DNA of 49,091 bases from positions 1 to 49,091 of the forward strand of contig JAGLWB010000388.1 of NCBI GenBank assembly GCA_023133655.1, in the 5' to 3' direction. Of this stretch, positions 40,762-49,091 are shown in pieces (position 1 is the stretch's first letter; the number at the start of each line of letters is the position of its first letter). Below the pieces are notes generated by a model. It had not been told where the DNA came from and did not search any database. It worked only from the letters and a program-made list of their open reading frames with translations. Made by a program: the position numbers and the translations under genes. The stretch comes from Bacteroidales bacterium (GTDB lineage Bacteria > Bacteroidota > Bacteroidia > Bacteroidales > JAGONC01).

Positions 40762-41206
40762 ATTTCTTCAACACCTCTCTGATCTTAATCACAGACATCC
40801 GGCTGTGAATATCATTATTAACCATCATTACCGGGGCCAGCGCACAACATCCCAGGCATGCAACACGTGTCAGATCAAACCTTTTATCTTCGGTGGTTTG
40901 CCCAGGTTCAATACCAATTTCAAGCTGCAAGGCATTCAATAAAAAATCGCCACCCTGAACATGACAGGCTGTTCCAAGACATATCTTGATTGAATTTCTC
41001 CCTGGTGGATTGAAGCGAAACTGAGAATAAAAGGATGTAACACCAAATATAGTGCTGCGCGAAACGCGCAGGTAGCTTGAAATCTTTTCAATTGCCTCCT
41101 TTGATATGTAACCATAAAGACCCTGTGTCTGTTGAAGAACAGGTATCAGGCTCCCCTCATCGTTTTGGGGATATTTGCTAAGTAGGTTATTGAGGGAATC
41201 AGCCAT
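40754..41206 (-). CDS. NuoE/HydC-like [2Fe-2S] subunit
   Basis: GVTSFYSQF, ICLGTACHVQG, ACLGCCALAPV. Confidence 0.93.
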   Translation of the reverse strand: MADSLNNLLSKYPQNDEGSLIPVLQQTQGLYGYISKEAIEKISSYLRVSRSTIFGVTSFYSQFRFNPPGRNSIKICLGTACHVQGGDFLLNALQLEIGIEPGQTTEDKRFDLTRVACLGCCALAPVMMVNNDIHSRMSVIKIREVLKKYE

Positions 41207-41355
41207 AAAACAACCATTAATTTGATTAAACGGCCTTTGGAAAAATTAATTCCAAATGACAATGCTCAATAATACAATGAGATCCAAAAACAATTTCATA
41301 AAAATAAATAATAAAATTGTTTTCTGAAAATAATTATGCTTATTTATATTTTTTC

Positions 41356-41391
41356 CAGGCAAGGGACAGGTCGCAACCTGTCCCTTGCCTG
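41356..41391. repeat. Perfect 16-bp palindrome (REP-like) in the divergent promoter region
   Basis: CAGGCAAGGGACAGGT-CGCA-ACCTGTCCCTTGCCTG. Confidence 0.75.
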
Positions 41392-41542
41392 CTGCCATGA
41401 AACCATGGGCCCTCATTTATTTATACTGATTTTAAATATATATGATTCCTGGAAATATTGGATATTTTATCAGAAAAAATATCTAAAATTGTACCCCATT
41501 TTGAAAGGTTCAATTTGATTGTCATTAAAACACTAAAATAAC

Positions 41543-42397
41543 ATGGAAGATGTACTGCATGATTTTATATCATTTAACCTGAAATGCTCCATTTGCGGAC
41601 ATTCCCTGATGGATGAGGATCAACTTGTAGATGGTAGGCCGGGTGTTAAATTGGGTATTAAAACATCTAAGGGAGAAGGAACAATTATTTTAAGCTCCAT
41701 TTACGAAAGTTTTAATTTCCGATGTGATGTGGAAATGGATGAAGATGAAATAGTAGAATTCTCCTGCCCTCACTGTTCAAAGAAATTCGAAGGTTGTTTA
41801 GAATGTGATCACTGCGAGGCACCTATGGTTAAATTAGATCTCGACATTGGTGGTACCGTTTGTATTTGTACCCGAAAAGGTTGTAAACGACATTTCCTTG
41901 AGTTCGATGATTTTAACGCTGCCTTATACAAACTGACCTATCTGGGGGAATACAAAGAGGCGGTACCTGAAGGGATCAGAGAAACAGGAGAATCCAAAGA
42001 AATCATCGACTCCGGAACCTTTCTCCATCTTTATTGTCCCGTATGTGATAAATCACTGATCGATAAAGGCCTTGTCAAACTAAAAGTTATCAATGATACA
42101 GGAGAAAGCGGCCATGTATTCCTTAGCCCTTACCTGAATGTATTTACATCAAGATCTACTGTATTCCTTAAAGAAGATCAGGTAGTTAATGACATACAAT
42201 GCTTTCACTGTGAAACCAGTCTGATTAACAAAGGAAAGAAATGCGAAGAGTGTGGATCGCCAGCAGCTAAGGTTGCGATAGCGGCAAGAACGAAATTGAT
42301 TGACTTTTATATTTGTTCAAAAAAAGGCTGCCGCTGGCATGGGCTTTGTAACGATGATCTTCACGATATCGAACTTGAAGACAGTTTGGAATGGTGA
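41543..42397 (+). CDS. Hypothetical protein with two tandem Cys-rich (CxxC x3 + Cx4CxxH) domains
   Basis: Domain 1: CSIC..LSSIY..CPHC..CDHC..CTRKGCKRH. Domain 2: CPVC..LSPYL..CFHC..CEEC..CSKKGCRWH. Confidence 0.85.
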   Translation: MEDVLHDFISFNLKCSICGHSLMDEDQLVDGRPGVKLGIKTSKGEGTIILSSIYESFNFRCDVEMDEDEIVEFSCPHCSKKFEGCLECDHCEAPMVKLDLDIGGTVCICTRKGCKRHFLEFDDFNAALYKLTYLGEYKEAVPEGIRETGESKEIIDSGTFLHLYCPVCDKSLIDKGLVKLKVINDTGESGHVFLSPYLNVFTSRSTVFLKEDQVVNDIQCFHCETSLINKGKKCEECGSPAAKVAIAARTKLIDFYICSKKGCRWHGLCNDDLHDIELEDSLEW

Positions 42398-42446
42398 TCA
42401 ATAACACCAGTTAAAAAATACATTATATCAATTTTATAATAACGCG

Positions 42447-43271
42447 ATGTTTCAGATAAAAAGAAAACAATCTATGGCGAAAGAAACGATCATTCGTTTT
42501 GACATTGAAGCACCTAAGATTGCCCTAAAAATAAAACCCGGACAGTTTGTGATCATCAGAGTCAATGAAACAGGTGAAAGGATCCCATTAACTGTTGCCG
42601 ATAAAGATGCCTTTGAAGGCACCATAACCATAATCTTCCAGGTTGTTGGTAAAACAACAGCACTGATGCGGTCATTGAATGAAGGAGACTTCCTCCTGGA
42701 TGTTGTCGGACCATTAGGAAAAGCTGCTGAGATTGAAAATATAGGAACGGTAATAATGGTAGGTGGCGGCACAGGGGTTGCTATCCTGTATCATGTTACT
42801 AAAGCCTTTAAAGACGCAGGTAATCATGTGATAGTGATCATGGGTGCCAAGGAGAAAGAAATGCTGATCCTGGAAAACGAAATGAAAGCTATTTGTGATG
42901 AACTGGTCGTTACAACTGATGATGGTAGCTATGGTGAAAAAGGATTCGTTACCATGCCATTGGAAAGATATTTGAACGAACGTGATGATATTAAGATGAT
43001 CTATACCATTGGGCCAATCATAATGATGAAAAATATATGCAACCTGACAAAGCCGTATAATGTCCCAACGATGGTTTCTCTTAATCCTATTATGATTGAC
43101 GGAACAGGAATGTGTGGCGGATGCAGAGTAAAAATAGGTGGCAAAACTAAATTCAGTTGCGTTGACGGACCTGATTTCGATGGCCATGAGGTTGATTTTG
43201 ATGAATTGATGAGTAGAAATTCCCAATATCTTCAGGATGAAAAAGATTCACTCCTGTATTCAATAAAATAG
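42447..43271 (+). CDS. NfnA/SudB-like FAD/[2Fe-2S] NAD-binding subunit (canonical)
   Basis: PGQFVI, GERIPLTVAD, VGGGTGVA, IGPIIMM, MIDGTGMCGGCR..CVDGPDFDGH. Confidence 0.92.
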   Translation: MFQIKRKQSMAKETIIRFDIEAPKIALKIKPGQFVIIRVNETGERIPLTVADKDAFEGTITIIFQVVGKTTALMRSLNEGDFLLDVVGPLGKAAEIENIGTVIMVGGGTGVAILYHVTKAFKDAGNHVIVIMGAKEKEMLILENEMKAICDELVVTTDDGSYGEKGFVTMPLERYLNERDDIKMIYTIGPIIMMKNICNLTKPYNVPTMVSLNPIMIDGTGMCGGCRVKIGGKTKFSCVDGPDFDGHEVDFDELMSRNSQYLQDEKDSLLYSIK

Positions 43272-43286
43272 ACAAAGGGTAAAGAA

Positions 43287-45071
43287 ATGTTAGAACAGGA
43301 AGTAAGATTATTAAAGTATAAAACCTATCTAAGTTATTATTGTCCGCATTGTAGCACAACTTTTAATGTTGAACGGCAAGACGAAAAGTCCCTGATCTTT
43401 AATGCTGCATACAAACAACAGGACCTTGTTGTGAAACTTAGTCCTTACCTTGATGTTTTTGACACCAAAACTTCCATCCCGGTCGAGGAAGGTGATATGC
43501 TTGACGACCTGATTTGTCCGCACTGCAAAAAAAGCCTGATTAACCATGAAGAAAAATGTGAGAAGTGTGGTTCTAAAGTGGGCGAAGTCATTGTATCAAC
43601 ACAAGCAAAATTAATTCCGTTCTATTTCTGCGTCAACCGAGGGTGCGACTGGCATGGGATTAAAAAAGCCGATCAAAAAACCATCAGACGGAAGATCCCG
43701 CGCCAGACTATGCCGGAGCAGGATCCGAAAATCAGGGCTCACAACTTCAAAGAAGTTCCTTACGGTTATACATCTGAGTTGGCCCTGTTAGAAGCCGACA
43801 GATGTCTGCAGTGTAAAAACCCGAAATGTGTCGAGGGATGTCCGGTAAACATCGATATTCCGGGCTTCATTAAACTTATTTCTGAAGAACAATTTGATGC
43901 AGCTGCCCGGAAAATTAAAGAAACAAACCTTTTCCCGGCAGTATGCGGAAGGGTATGCCCCCAGGAAAGTCAATGCGAAATTAAATGTATAGTCGGCATC
44001 AAAAATGAACCCGTTGCCATTGGCAGACTTGAACGTTTTGTTGCTGATTATGAGAGGGATATGAACCTGGTTGAAATAGTTGATATCAAAAAAAGTACCG
44101 GAAAAAAAATCGCTGTTATCGGATCAGGACCGGGAGGCCTTACCGTAGCTGCCGATATGCAAATATTAGGCTATGACGTGACTATCTTTGAGGCGCTGCA
44201 CGAAGCCGGAGGTGTTCTCACTTATGGTATCCCTGAATTCAGATTGCCCAAATCCATTGTCAATTTTGAAATAGACTATCTTGTTAAATTAGGCGTTAAA
44301 ATCGAATTAAATCATATCATCGGAAATATTCTGACCCTGGATGAATTACTCGAACATTTTGATGCAATATATATCGGCGTTGGCGCCGGGCTTCCATGGT
44401 TCATGGGCCTTGAAGGGGAAAGCCTCGGCAATGTTTATTCGGCCAATGAGTACCTTACACGTATGAACCTGATGAAGGCTTATAAATTTCCTGAATATGA
44501 CACACCTATGCCTAAAGGGAATAAAGTGGCTGTGATTGGTGGTGGAAATGTGGCTATGGACTGCGCAAGATCAGCCCTCAGATCTGGTTCCAAAGAGGTA
44601 AATATCGTTTATAGAAGATCAAAAAAAGAATTACCGGCCAGAGAGGAAGAGGTTCACCATGCAGAGCAGGAAGGGATTAACTTTCATCTGCTGACCAGCC
44701 CTATCCGATATTTTGGAGATAGAAGAAACATGGTAAAATCCATGGAATGTATACGGATGGAGCTTGGCGAACCTGATGCTTCGGGTAGAAGAAGGCCTTT
44801 ACCATTAGAAAATTCTAACTTTATGCTCGAATGTGACATGGCTATTGTGGCCATTGGAAACGGGCCAAACCCTATCCTCTTCAATTCAGCACCCGATCTG
44901 AAATTGAATAAAAGAGGTTATGTTGAAGTCAACGAGGAAACCGGTGAAACATCAAAAGAGTTTGTTTATGCCGGAGGTGATATTGTGACTGGAGCCGCAA
45001 CCGTAATCCTGGCCATGGGTGCAGGAAGAATAGCCGCCCGGGCCATGCACGAAAAGCTTTCTAAAATTTAA
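43287..45071 (+). CDS. NfnB/SudA-like NADPH oxidoreductase fused to an N-terminal Cys-rich domain
   Basis: Residues ~15-125: CPHC..LSPYL..CPHC..CEKC..CVNRGCDWH. Then a GltD-like body (RCLQC, CGRVCPQE, GSGPGG, GGGNVAMD, YRR, GAATVILAMGAG). Confidence 0.9.
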   Translation: MLEQEVRLLKYKTYLSYYCPHCSTTFNVERQDEKSLIFNAAYKQQDLVVKLSPYLDVFDTKTSIPVEEGDMLDDLICPHCKKSLINHEEKCEKCGSKVGEVIVSTQAKLIPFYFCVNRGCDWHGIKKADQKTIRRKIPRQTMPEQDPKIRAHNFKEVPYGYTSELALLEADRCLQCKNPKCVEGCPVNIDIPGFIKLISEEQFDAAARKIKETNLFPAVCGRVCPQESQCEIKCIVGIKNEPVAIGRLERFVADYERDMNLVEIVDIKKSTGKKIAVIGSGPGGLTVAADMQILGYDVTIFEALHEAGGVLTYGIPEFRLPKSIVNFEIDYLVKLGVKIELNHIIGNILTLDELLEHFDAIYIGVGAGLPWFMGLEGESLGNVYSANEYLTRMNLMKAYKFPEYDTPMPKGNKVAVIGGGNVAMDCARSALRSGSKEVNIVYRRSKKELPAREEEVHHAEQEGINFHLLTSPIRYFGDRRNMVKSMECIRMELGEPDASGRRRPLPLENSNFMLECDMAIVAIGNGPNPILFNSAPDLKLNKRGYVEVNEETGETSKEFVYAGGDIVTGAATVILAMGAGRIAARAMHEKLSKI

Positions 45072-45101
45072 CACTTCTCCCATTATCATTATCTTTATCA
45101 T

Positions 45102-45109
45102 TATCTTTG
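45102..45109 (+). promoter_or_regulatory. Bacteroidota -7 box upstream of PPDK-like paralog 2
   Basis: TATCTTTG(CA), ~90 nt upstream of ATG 45201. Confidence 0.55.
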
Positions 45110-45200
45110 CATAATGATGCTTCATTCATATGGGTACGTAAGCCTAAGGTACCCTAATGATGGAACATGTGGTAACATTTATTAATTTCCATATTAAAAC

Positions 45201-48170
45201 ATGGCTCTTCATCCCCTGAAATTAAACTTAAAGAAGTACTATTTCGACGATACTTCATTCATCAACCTGATGAAAAAGCGTATTTATCATGTGCTTCTAA
45301 TCTCTAGTGCCTATGATGCTTTTATCCTTGAGGATGACGGAAGAGTTGATGAACAGATCTTCAATGAATATGTTTCCCTGAACCTGAGATACCCTCCACA
45401 GTTCATTATTACCGATTCGGAAGAAGAAGCTTTTAAAATTCTTGAAGAAATTCATATCGACCTTATCATTACTATGCGTAGCGCTGCCGAGGCCAATACA
45501 TTTGAGATTGCAGGGCGCCTGAAAAGCAAATACCCGGATACCCCCATCGTAATTTTGACCCCTTTCTCACGGGAAGCAACGATAAAAGTTGACAATGAAG
45601 ACCTGAGCGCCATTGACTACATATTTAGCTGGCTGGGTAATCCTGACATCCTACTGGCTATTATTAAGCTTATTGAAGATAGGATGAATGTAGAACAAGA
45701 TGTAAGCGAGGTTGGTGTACAAACAATTATCCTGGTGGAAGATTCAATACGTTTTTATTCAAGTTACCTTCCTAATATTTATAAAATTATCTTCAAACAG
45801 TCAAAGGCTTTTATGACGGAGGGGCTGAATGAACACCAGCAAATGCTGAGAATGCGTGGACGGCCGAAGATCTTACTGGCTACAACATATGAAGAAGCCA
45901 TATCCTTGTATGAGACTTATAAAAAAAACCTCCTCGGTATCATCACTGATGTGAGTTATATACGAAACGGGGTAATGGACAAAGAAGCAGGCATCAGGTT
46001 ATGTAAAAAAGTTAAGGCCGATGATCCTTATATGCCCCTTTTACTTCAATCATCAGAGGCTGAGAATGAAAAAATCGCTAAAAAAATAGAAGTCGGATTT
46101 ATCAATAAAACATCGAAAACACTTTCTATTGAACTTCGTAAGTTTATTATCGACTTTTTTGCTTTTGGAGATTTTATTTTCCTGGATCCTGACACAATGC
46201 AAGAGATTAACAGGGCACCAGATTTGAAATCTCTTCAAATGAAAATGTTTGAGATCCCCGACGATTCACTCCTGTACCACATTACCAGGAATCATTTCTC
46301 CAAATGGCTCCGTGCCCGGGCCCTTTTCCCGCTGGCCGACCTGTTCAGGGATCTTCGGATGGGAGATTTTGATAATGACCTTTTTGCTGTCAGAAGATTC
46401 GTTTTTGATGCCATGGCTAATTTTAGGATCAGTAAAGCAAGGGGTATTATCGCTGAATTCAGCAAAGAACGGTTTGATGATTACCTCAGTTTTACCCGGA
46501 TTGGCGACGGGTCAATCGGAGGAAAAGCACGCGGGTTGGCTTTCATCGATAACCTGATCAAAAAATACCATATCCTTGATAAATACGATGATGTTATTGT
46601 AACCATCCCAAAAACTGTTGTTTTATGCACTGATATTTTCGATGAGTTCATGGAAGAAAACAACTTATATAAAATTGCTCTTTCCGATTTAAGCGATGAA
46701 GATATCTTACAACATTTTGTTAAAGCAAGGTTGCCATTCCGTATCCATGAAGATCTCTATACGCTGATAAGCTATGTCAGAAAACCATTGGCTATCAGAT
46801 CCTCCAGTCTCCTGGAAGATTCTCATTATCAACCATTTGCCGGCATCTATTCAACATATATGATCCCCTACATTGAAAATGATGAGCGGTTAATGAACCA
46901 AATATTAAGCGATGCCATTAAATGTGTATATGCTTCTGCCTTCTTTAAAAACAGCAAAGCCTATATGGCTGCCACCTCTAATTTGATCGATGAGGAAAAA
47001 ATGGCCATCGTTATTCAAACAGTTTGTGGACAAAACTATAATGGCAAGTATTATCCAACCATCTCCGGAGTTGCCCGGTCAATTAACTTTTATCCAATTG
47101 AACCCGAAAAACCTGAAGATGGAATAGTCAATTTAGCTCTTGGATTGGGAAAACATATTGTTGACGGCGGAATGACATTGAGGTTTTCACCTAAATATTC
47201 TTCAAAAATACTACAGCTTTCAACACCTGAAATGGCCCTCAAAGAAACGCAGAAAGTATTTTACGCCCTTGACCAATTATCTGGTGGCTTTACTCCAAAT
47301 ACAGATGACAATTACAATATCATTAAATATAAAATCAAAGAGGCAGAAAAAGATCTACCCTTTAAACATGTGGCTTCCACTTATGATTTTGAAAATAACT
47401 TAGTGAGAGATGGGATCCATTATAAAGGGAAAAAGTTGATCACATTCTCAAATATATTAAACCATAATGTGTTCCCACTTGCAGAGATCATCGGAATGGC
47501 CCTGGAGATTGGCCAAAAAGAGATGAATAAACCAGTTGAGATTGAATTTGCCGTGGATATGGGAGTTTCAAAAGACGAACCAATTATTTTCAACCTGCTC
47601 CAAATAAGGCCTATTGTTGATATAAAGGAAACCATTGATGAGAACCTGGAGGATATTCCGGTTGATGAAACGATTATTTATTCGAATTCTGCCCTGGGTA
47701 ATGGAGTGATAAATGACATTTGTGACCTTGTCTATGTTAAGCCTGAAACTTTCAGTGCTGACAGGAACCCTGAGATTGCCAGAAAAATTGGAGAAATCAA
47801 TGAGCAGTTTATCAGAGAAAATAAAAATTACATCCTTATCGGGCCGGGGCGTTGGGGCTCATTGGATCCATGGCTGGGCATACCTGTAAAGTGGCCTCAG
47901 ATCTCCTCAGCAAGGGTCATTATTGAATCAGGGCTTGAAAACTACCGCATTGACCCAAGCCAGGGTACGCACTTTTTTCAAAACCTTACATCGTTCAGGG
48001 TGGGCTATTTCACCATTAATCCGTACATAAATGACGGATTTTACGACCTCGGCTATCTCTCCTCTTTTTCTCCATATTATGAAGATGAAAACATCAGGCA
48101 TATCCGGTTTGAAAAGCCGCTGACTGTGATGATTGATGGGCAGAAGAATATCGGGGTGATCATGAAATAA
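45201..48170 (+). CDS. Receiver domains + PEP/pyruvate-binding (PPDK_N ATP-grasp) multidomain protein, paralog 2
   Basis: REC (ILVED..IITD..LQSS..FINK); GGKARG, AIRSSSLLED..FAG, VEIEFA, LLQIRP; C-terminal GPGRWGS..SQGTHFFQN. Confidence 0.88.
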   Translation: MALHPLKLNLKKYYFDDTSFINLMKKRIYHVLLISSAYDAFILEDDGRVDEQIFNEYVSLNLRYPPQFIITDSEEEAFKILEEIHIDLIITMRSAAEANTFEIAGRLKSKYPDTPIVILTPFSREATIKVDNEDLSAIDYIFSWLGNPDILLAIIKLIEDRMNVEQDVSEVGVQTIILVEDSIRFYSSYLPNIYKIIFKQSKAFMTEGLNEHQQMLRMRGRPKILLATTYEEAISLYETYKKNLLGIITDVSYIRNGVMDKEAGIRLCKKVKADDPYMPLLLQSSEAENEKIAKKIEVGFINKTSKTLSIELRKFIIDFFAFGDFIFLDPDTMQEINRAPDLKSLQMKMFEIPDDSLLYHITRNHFSKWLRARALFPLADLFRDLRMGDFDNDLFAVRRFVFDAMANFRISKARGIIAEFSKERFDDYLSFTRIGDGSIGGKARGLAFIDNLIKKYHILDKYDDVIVTIPKTVVLCTDIFDEFMEENNLYKIALSDLSDEDILQHFVKARLPFRIHEDLYTLISYVRKPLAIRSSSLLEDSHYQPFAGIYSTYMIPYIENDERLMNQILSDAIKCVYASAFFKNSKAYMAATSNLIDEEKMAIVIQTVCGQNYNGKYYPTISGVARSINFYPIEPEKPEDGIVNLALGLGKHIVDGGMTLRFSPKYSSKILQLSTPEMALKETQKVFYALDQLSGGFTPNTDDNYNIIKYKIKEAEKDLPFKHVASTYDFENNLVRDGIHYKGKKLITFSNILNHNVFPLAEIIGMALEIGQKEMNKPVEIEFAVDMGVSKDEPIIFNLLQIRPIVDIKETIDENLEDIPVDETIIYSNSALGNGVINDICDLVYVKPETFSADRNPEIARKIGEINEQFIRENKNYILIGPGRWGSLDPWLGIPVKWPQISSARVIIESGLENYRIDPSQGTHFFQNLTSFRVGYFTINPYINDGFYDLGYLSSFSPYYEDENIRHIRFEKPLTVMIDGQKNIGVIMK

Positions 48171-48184
48171 AGATGCGCCAAGAT

Positions 48185-48268
48185 GTGCCTGCCAGCCACG
48201 AAACCTGACAGGCAAATGTTAAAGATGTGCTGTCAGGTGTAACACCTGACAGCCACCAGCCACGAAAA
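48185..48268. repeat. REP-like palindrome with short direct repeats
   Basis: GCTGTCAGGTG-TAA-CACCTGACAGC hairpin; CCAGCCACGAAA, AAGATGTGC and ACCTGACAG each occur twice. Confidence 0.6.
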
Positions 48269-48279
48269 GAATTGTTGAC

Positions 48280-49091
48280 GTGAAAAAAATCATTTTTCTG
48301 CTTATTGGGGTTGTTTTATCTACTTATCTGCCAGCCCAATATTTCGACCTCGGGCAGGACCCTTCTTCTATTAAGTGGAGGCAAATCAACACGCCTCATT
48401 TCCAGCTTATTTTCCCAGAGGGATATGACCATCAAGTACAGGAGCTGGCCAAAAAACTGGAGCTTGTACTTCCCCATGAAATGTACTCATTAAGCTCTCA
48501 CCCGAGGAAATTACCTGTAATCATACATACGCATACCATGAAAGCGAATGGTGTCGTTCCCTGGGCGCCGCGACGGATGGAAATTTTTACCTACACCCCC
48601 CAGAGCACCTGTGCTCAACCCTGGCTTGACCAGTTGGTACTGCATGAGACCAGGCACCTTGTTCAAATTGAGAAAGTAAACCAGGGTGTAACAAAATTCC
48701 TGACCTATTTGTTTGGCGAACAAGCTACAGCCGGGATTATTGGCGCTTTTGTCCCTTTCTGGTTCCTGGAAGGTGATGCTACCGTTACCGAAACAGCTTT
48801 GAGTAAATCAGGCAGAGGGCGGGTTCCATCTTTTACGATGCCTTTAAGAACGCAAGTGCTGACTTATGATGCCTATTCATACGACAAAGCTGTGTTTGGC
48901 TCTTATAAGAATTTTGTTCCCGATTGGTATATCCTGGGGTACCATTTGGTGGGAGCCTCTCGTATTAAATATGGCACTAAATTGTGGGACAGCACTTTAA
49001 ACACAGTAGCCAAAAGACCTTATCTGTTAGCACCATTCTCTATTGGGATCAAAAGGGCAACAGGGCTTTCAAAAACAAACTTATACCATCA
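48280..49091 (+). CDS. Exported gluzincin-like (HExxH...E) metallopeptidase-domain protein, partial
   Basis: Not in the track (open to window end). GTG start: MKKIIFLLIGVVLSTYLPAQYFDLGQDP..KWRQINTPHFQLIFP..WAPRRME..LVLHETRHLVQ..PFWFLEGDA. Confidence 0.8.
   Translation, partial: MKKIIFLLIGVVLSTYLPAQYFDLGQDPSSIKWRQINTPHFQLIFPEGYDHQVQELAKKLELVLPHEMYSLSSHPRKLPVIIHTHTMKANGVVPWAPRRMEIFTYTPQSTCAQPWLDQLVLHETRHLVQIEKVNQGVTKFLTYLFGEQATAGIIGAFVPFWFLEGDATVTETALSKSGRGRVPSFTMPLRTQVLTYDAYSYDKAVFGSYKNFVPDWYILGYHLVGASRIKYGTKLWDSTLNTVAKRPYLLAPFSIGIKRATGLSKTNLYH

Noticed and set aside
38896-41206. Respiratory complex I operon
   Set aside because: No membrane or quinone-module nuo genes; the NuoF-like protein has extra N- and C-terminal Fe-S domains of soluble HydB-type subunits.
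41543-42397. Multiheme cytochrome c
   Set aside because: Motifs are CxHC/CxxC, not CxxCH, and there is no signal peptide.
34076-45071. Glutamate synthase (gltD/gltA annotation)
   Set aside because: No GltB large subunit in the window; each GltD-like gene is paired with an NfnA/SudB gene, which fits Nfn-type enzymes.
30565-48170. True PEP synthase / pyruvate phosphate dikinase (ppsA/ppdK)
   Set aside because: Only the ATP-grasp part is recognisable; the C-terminal PEP/pyruvate barrel is missing and receiver domains are present.

Overview
Window from an AT-rich, probably anaerobic Bacteroidota (Bacteroidales-like) genome, judged from T9SS C-terminal domains, gldF/gldG and TTTG-N20-TAnnTTTG promoters. 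(1) 1-7134, minus strand: DUF134 regulator, DUF5320, Zn-ribbon peptide, two NifX/MTH1175 (Orange-protein-like) proteins and two Fe-S MinD-like ATPases. These run into DUF4492-cydA-cydB, an unannotated 34-aa CydS/CydX-like peptide and a free-standing archaeal-type ThrRS editing domain. (2) 7.2-23.5 kb: repeat-rich spacers, DegT aminotransferase, purC, phoH, DUF62, gldF-gldG-DUF4340 and a surface-polysaccharide cluster. (3) 23.9-28.6 kb: two secreted T9SS cargo genes (beta-propeller protein; papain-like C1 protease), each broken by a single-base frameshift. (4) 28.9-48.2 kb, the most interesting part: gdhA, two paralogous receiver-domain/PPDK-ATP-grasp/His-domain proteins, and between them two divergent redox operons. 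One is NuoEF/HydCB-like plus a Mo-ligand-less FDH-like subunit plus an atypical NfnAB. The other is a protein made of two copies of an unfamiliar 8-Cys/His domain plus a second NfnAB whose large subunit carries a third copy of that domain. No rRNA, tRNA, CRISPR array or intact transposase was seen. All calls come from motif recognition by eye; no searches were run.
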